Source: Phoronis australis (Eukaryota; Animalia; Phoronida). Taken from it: DNA of 64,000 nt. Positions 62,630 to 64,000 of this stretch are shown piece after piece. The notes beneath the pieces were generated by a model. It was not told where the DNA came from. It ran no database searches and saw only the letters and a program-made list of their open reading frames with translations. Within the stretch, counting starts at the first letter, position 1; each line of letters opens with the position of its first letter. Location: contig NMRA01000011.1 in the NCBI GenBank assembly GCA_002633005.1, positions 1,771,275 to 1,835,274 on the forward strand, given 5' to 3'. The translations under genes were made by a program, and so were the position numbers.

Positions 62630-62656
62630 AGAACAAAATAGCTCCTGCCAAGGAAG
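62630..62656 (+). CDS. 27-nt microexon of the CARD gene (ENKIAPAKE)
   Basis: ttttcag / AAG|gtaaga, phase 1-1 open; flanks ~62484-62855 match ~61572-61940. Confidence 0.7.
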
Positions 62657-62860
62657 GTAAGACTGATAATCTGTTGATAATTGACAACAACTAATAACAA
62701 AGTAAGTAACAGACAAACGAACCTCATTTACGCCAACAATCTTTATAAGCTTCCAAATGGTCAGCCAATGCACCGTGACGCAACCGCACGTTTATATCAT
62801 TATATCATTAGTGTTGAGGTACTTTTGTATTCCTTCAGACTACAAGGCGAAAACTTTATC

Positions 62861-63970
62861 GGTCGATTTCATAAAGGTGGTTTAAGGTTATAGCTGGTTT
62901 AAACTGGTGTTAGATCATGTTTAAAGAAAATCTGCATTTTATAAAGGTGGTTTAACTTTAAGACCACTTGTCTAGTAAAACCTGGTTTCACTCCTGTTTA
63001 GACCTGGTCTAAATCAGTTTTCAATTCACCAACTAGGTCTATATTCCTTAGACCTGTATTGAGATCTTAAACCAGGTTTAATTTTAGACTTGGCCAGACC
63101 CAGGTTTAATACTGTTAAATATGTTAAACTTGCGTGACGTAGGTGCAACCGAATAATGCCGAGGTGTGCGTATACGACGCAGTTTTAAAGCGAGAATGGG
63201 CTATTTTCAATATTCAGTTTGACGACGACAAAAGATCAAACGCAGCCGGGGCGGATTTAGGATTTTTAAAGGGGGTGGGGTCAGTCATGGATTTTTTAAA
63301 AGGGAGGACCAAGTCGACAATGTTAAAATCATAGATTTGATATCACTAAAACCGAGGGAAAGGGGGGGCGGACCCTCTGACCCCTTGGATCCGCCTATGC
63401 GTAAACCAGTACGCGTTAGAGAGAGTCCTTCGAAATCCTCGGGATACTAGTGATTGAGCAGGGCGTCATAGTCGTAAGCACTACGGGTTTGACTGACGAC
63501 AGCATCTTCTCATTCTTCTGATTGAGTTCCACCTACATTTGTATACTGGTCCCTGATTTAATGTTGCCGGGAAAGGGTCTTGCCCCCTCTTTGGTCACGA
63601 AAATAAAATAAAATAAACAATAAAATGACACGGAATTAAATTAAGGCATTCATCATGTTGCAGCTAATGGTGAGCATGTACTTTAACATTAGAAAAGGTT
63701 GCAGACCTTTTTCGCAAATGTTTGCACTGATTCTACTAGTGTGTGCCATTTTATACCTGCATGATCAAGGTTTCATTGAAGTACTTCAACTCTTTCTTTG
63801 TTGGGTTAAGCCAGATGGACACGATAGGGTGGCTTGGATATTTTAAACCTGGTTTTACTAAAGCCGCCTCCTTGTCTAACGAAAACAGGTTTTCAGAATT
63901 TTAAACCAGATTGGTGAAATGCAAATTAGGTTCAAAATTACACCAGGTTTACATGTAGGAAGACCAGGCA
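62861..63970. mobile_element. Probable PIF/Harbinger-type MITE with nested insertions
   Basis: ggtcgatttcataaag start; repeated accagg/cctggt subterminal motifs at both ends. Confidence 0.45.
63246..63399. mobile_element. Small hAT-type MITE
   Basis: ccggggcggattt...ggatccgcctatg termini with G-runs; TSD unclear. Confidence 0.55.
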
Positions 63971-64000
63971 AAAAGTGATAAAGGATATGTCACGGATTTC

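Overview
AT-rich, repeat-dense eukaryotic genomic DNA, most likely from a marine invertebrate animal (inferred from GT-AG introns, the TE families present and frequent TACATGTA). Almost all ORFs in the supplied track are spurious or TE debris; the real coding signal is in small spliced exons. (1) What looks like an ~18 kb macrosatellite (~6.7-24.7 kb) is an array of tandemly duplicated exons. Each unit carries one 36/42/45-nt phase 1-1 exon (consensus GRNISAQQVPYPSYE). Fourteen copies have intact AG/GT sites and an open phase-1 frame; a 15th, terminal copy is dead. Further phase 1-1 exons lie on either side, and the gene appears to run into TMEM272-like transmembrane exons (30.1, 35.6, 36.3 kb) that carry stops and frameshifts. 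Five array introns hold a ~280-bp palindrome made of two inverted Penelope-type minimal hammerhead motifs. (2) A CARD-domain gene starts at ~54.3 kb and shows its own incipient duplication of a 27-nt microexon. (3) The rest is nested TEs: a CR1-group LINE split by a BEL/Pao LTR element, Helentron-type tandem-core elements, hairpin-ended Crypton-like elements (one family with a tRNA-like cassette), Kolobok/THAP and hAT relics, and MITEs. All gene models and family calls were made by eye, without database searches or RNA evidence.
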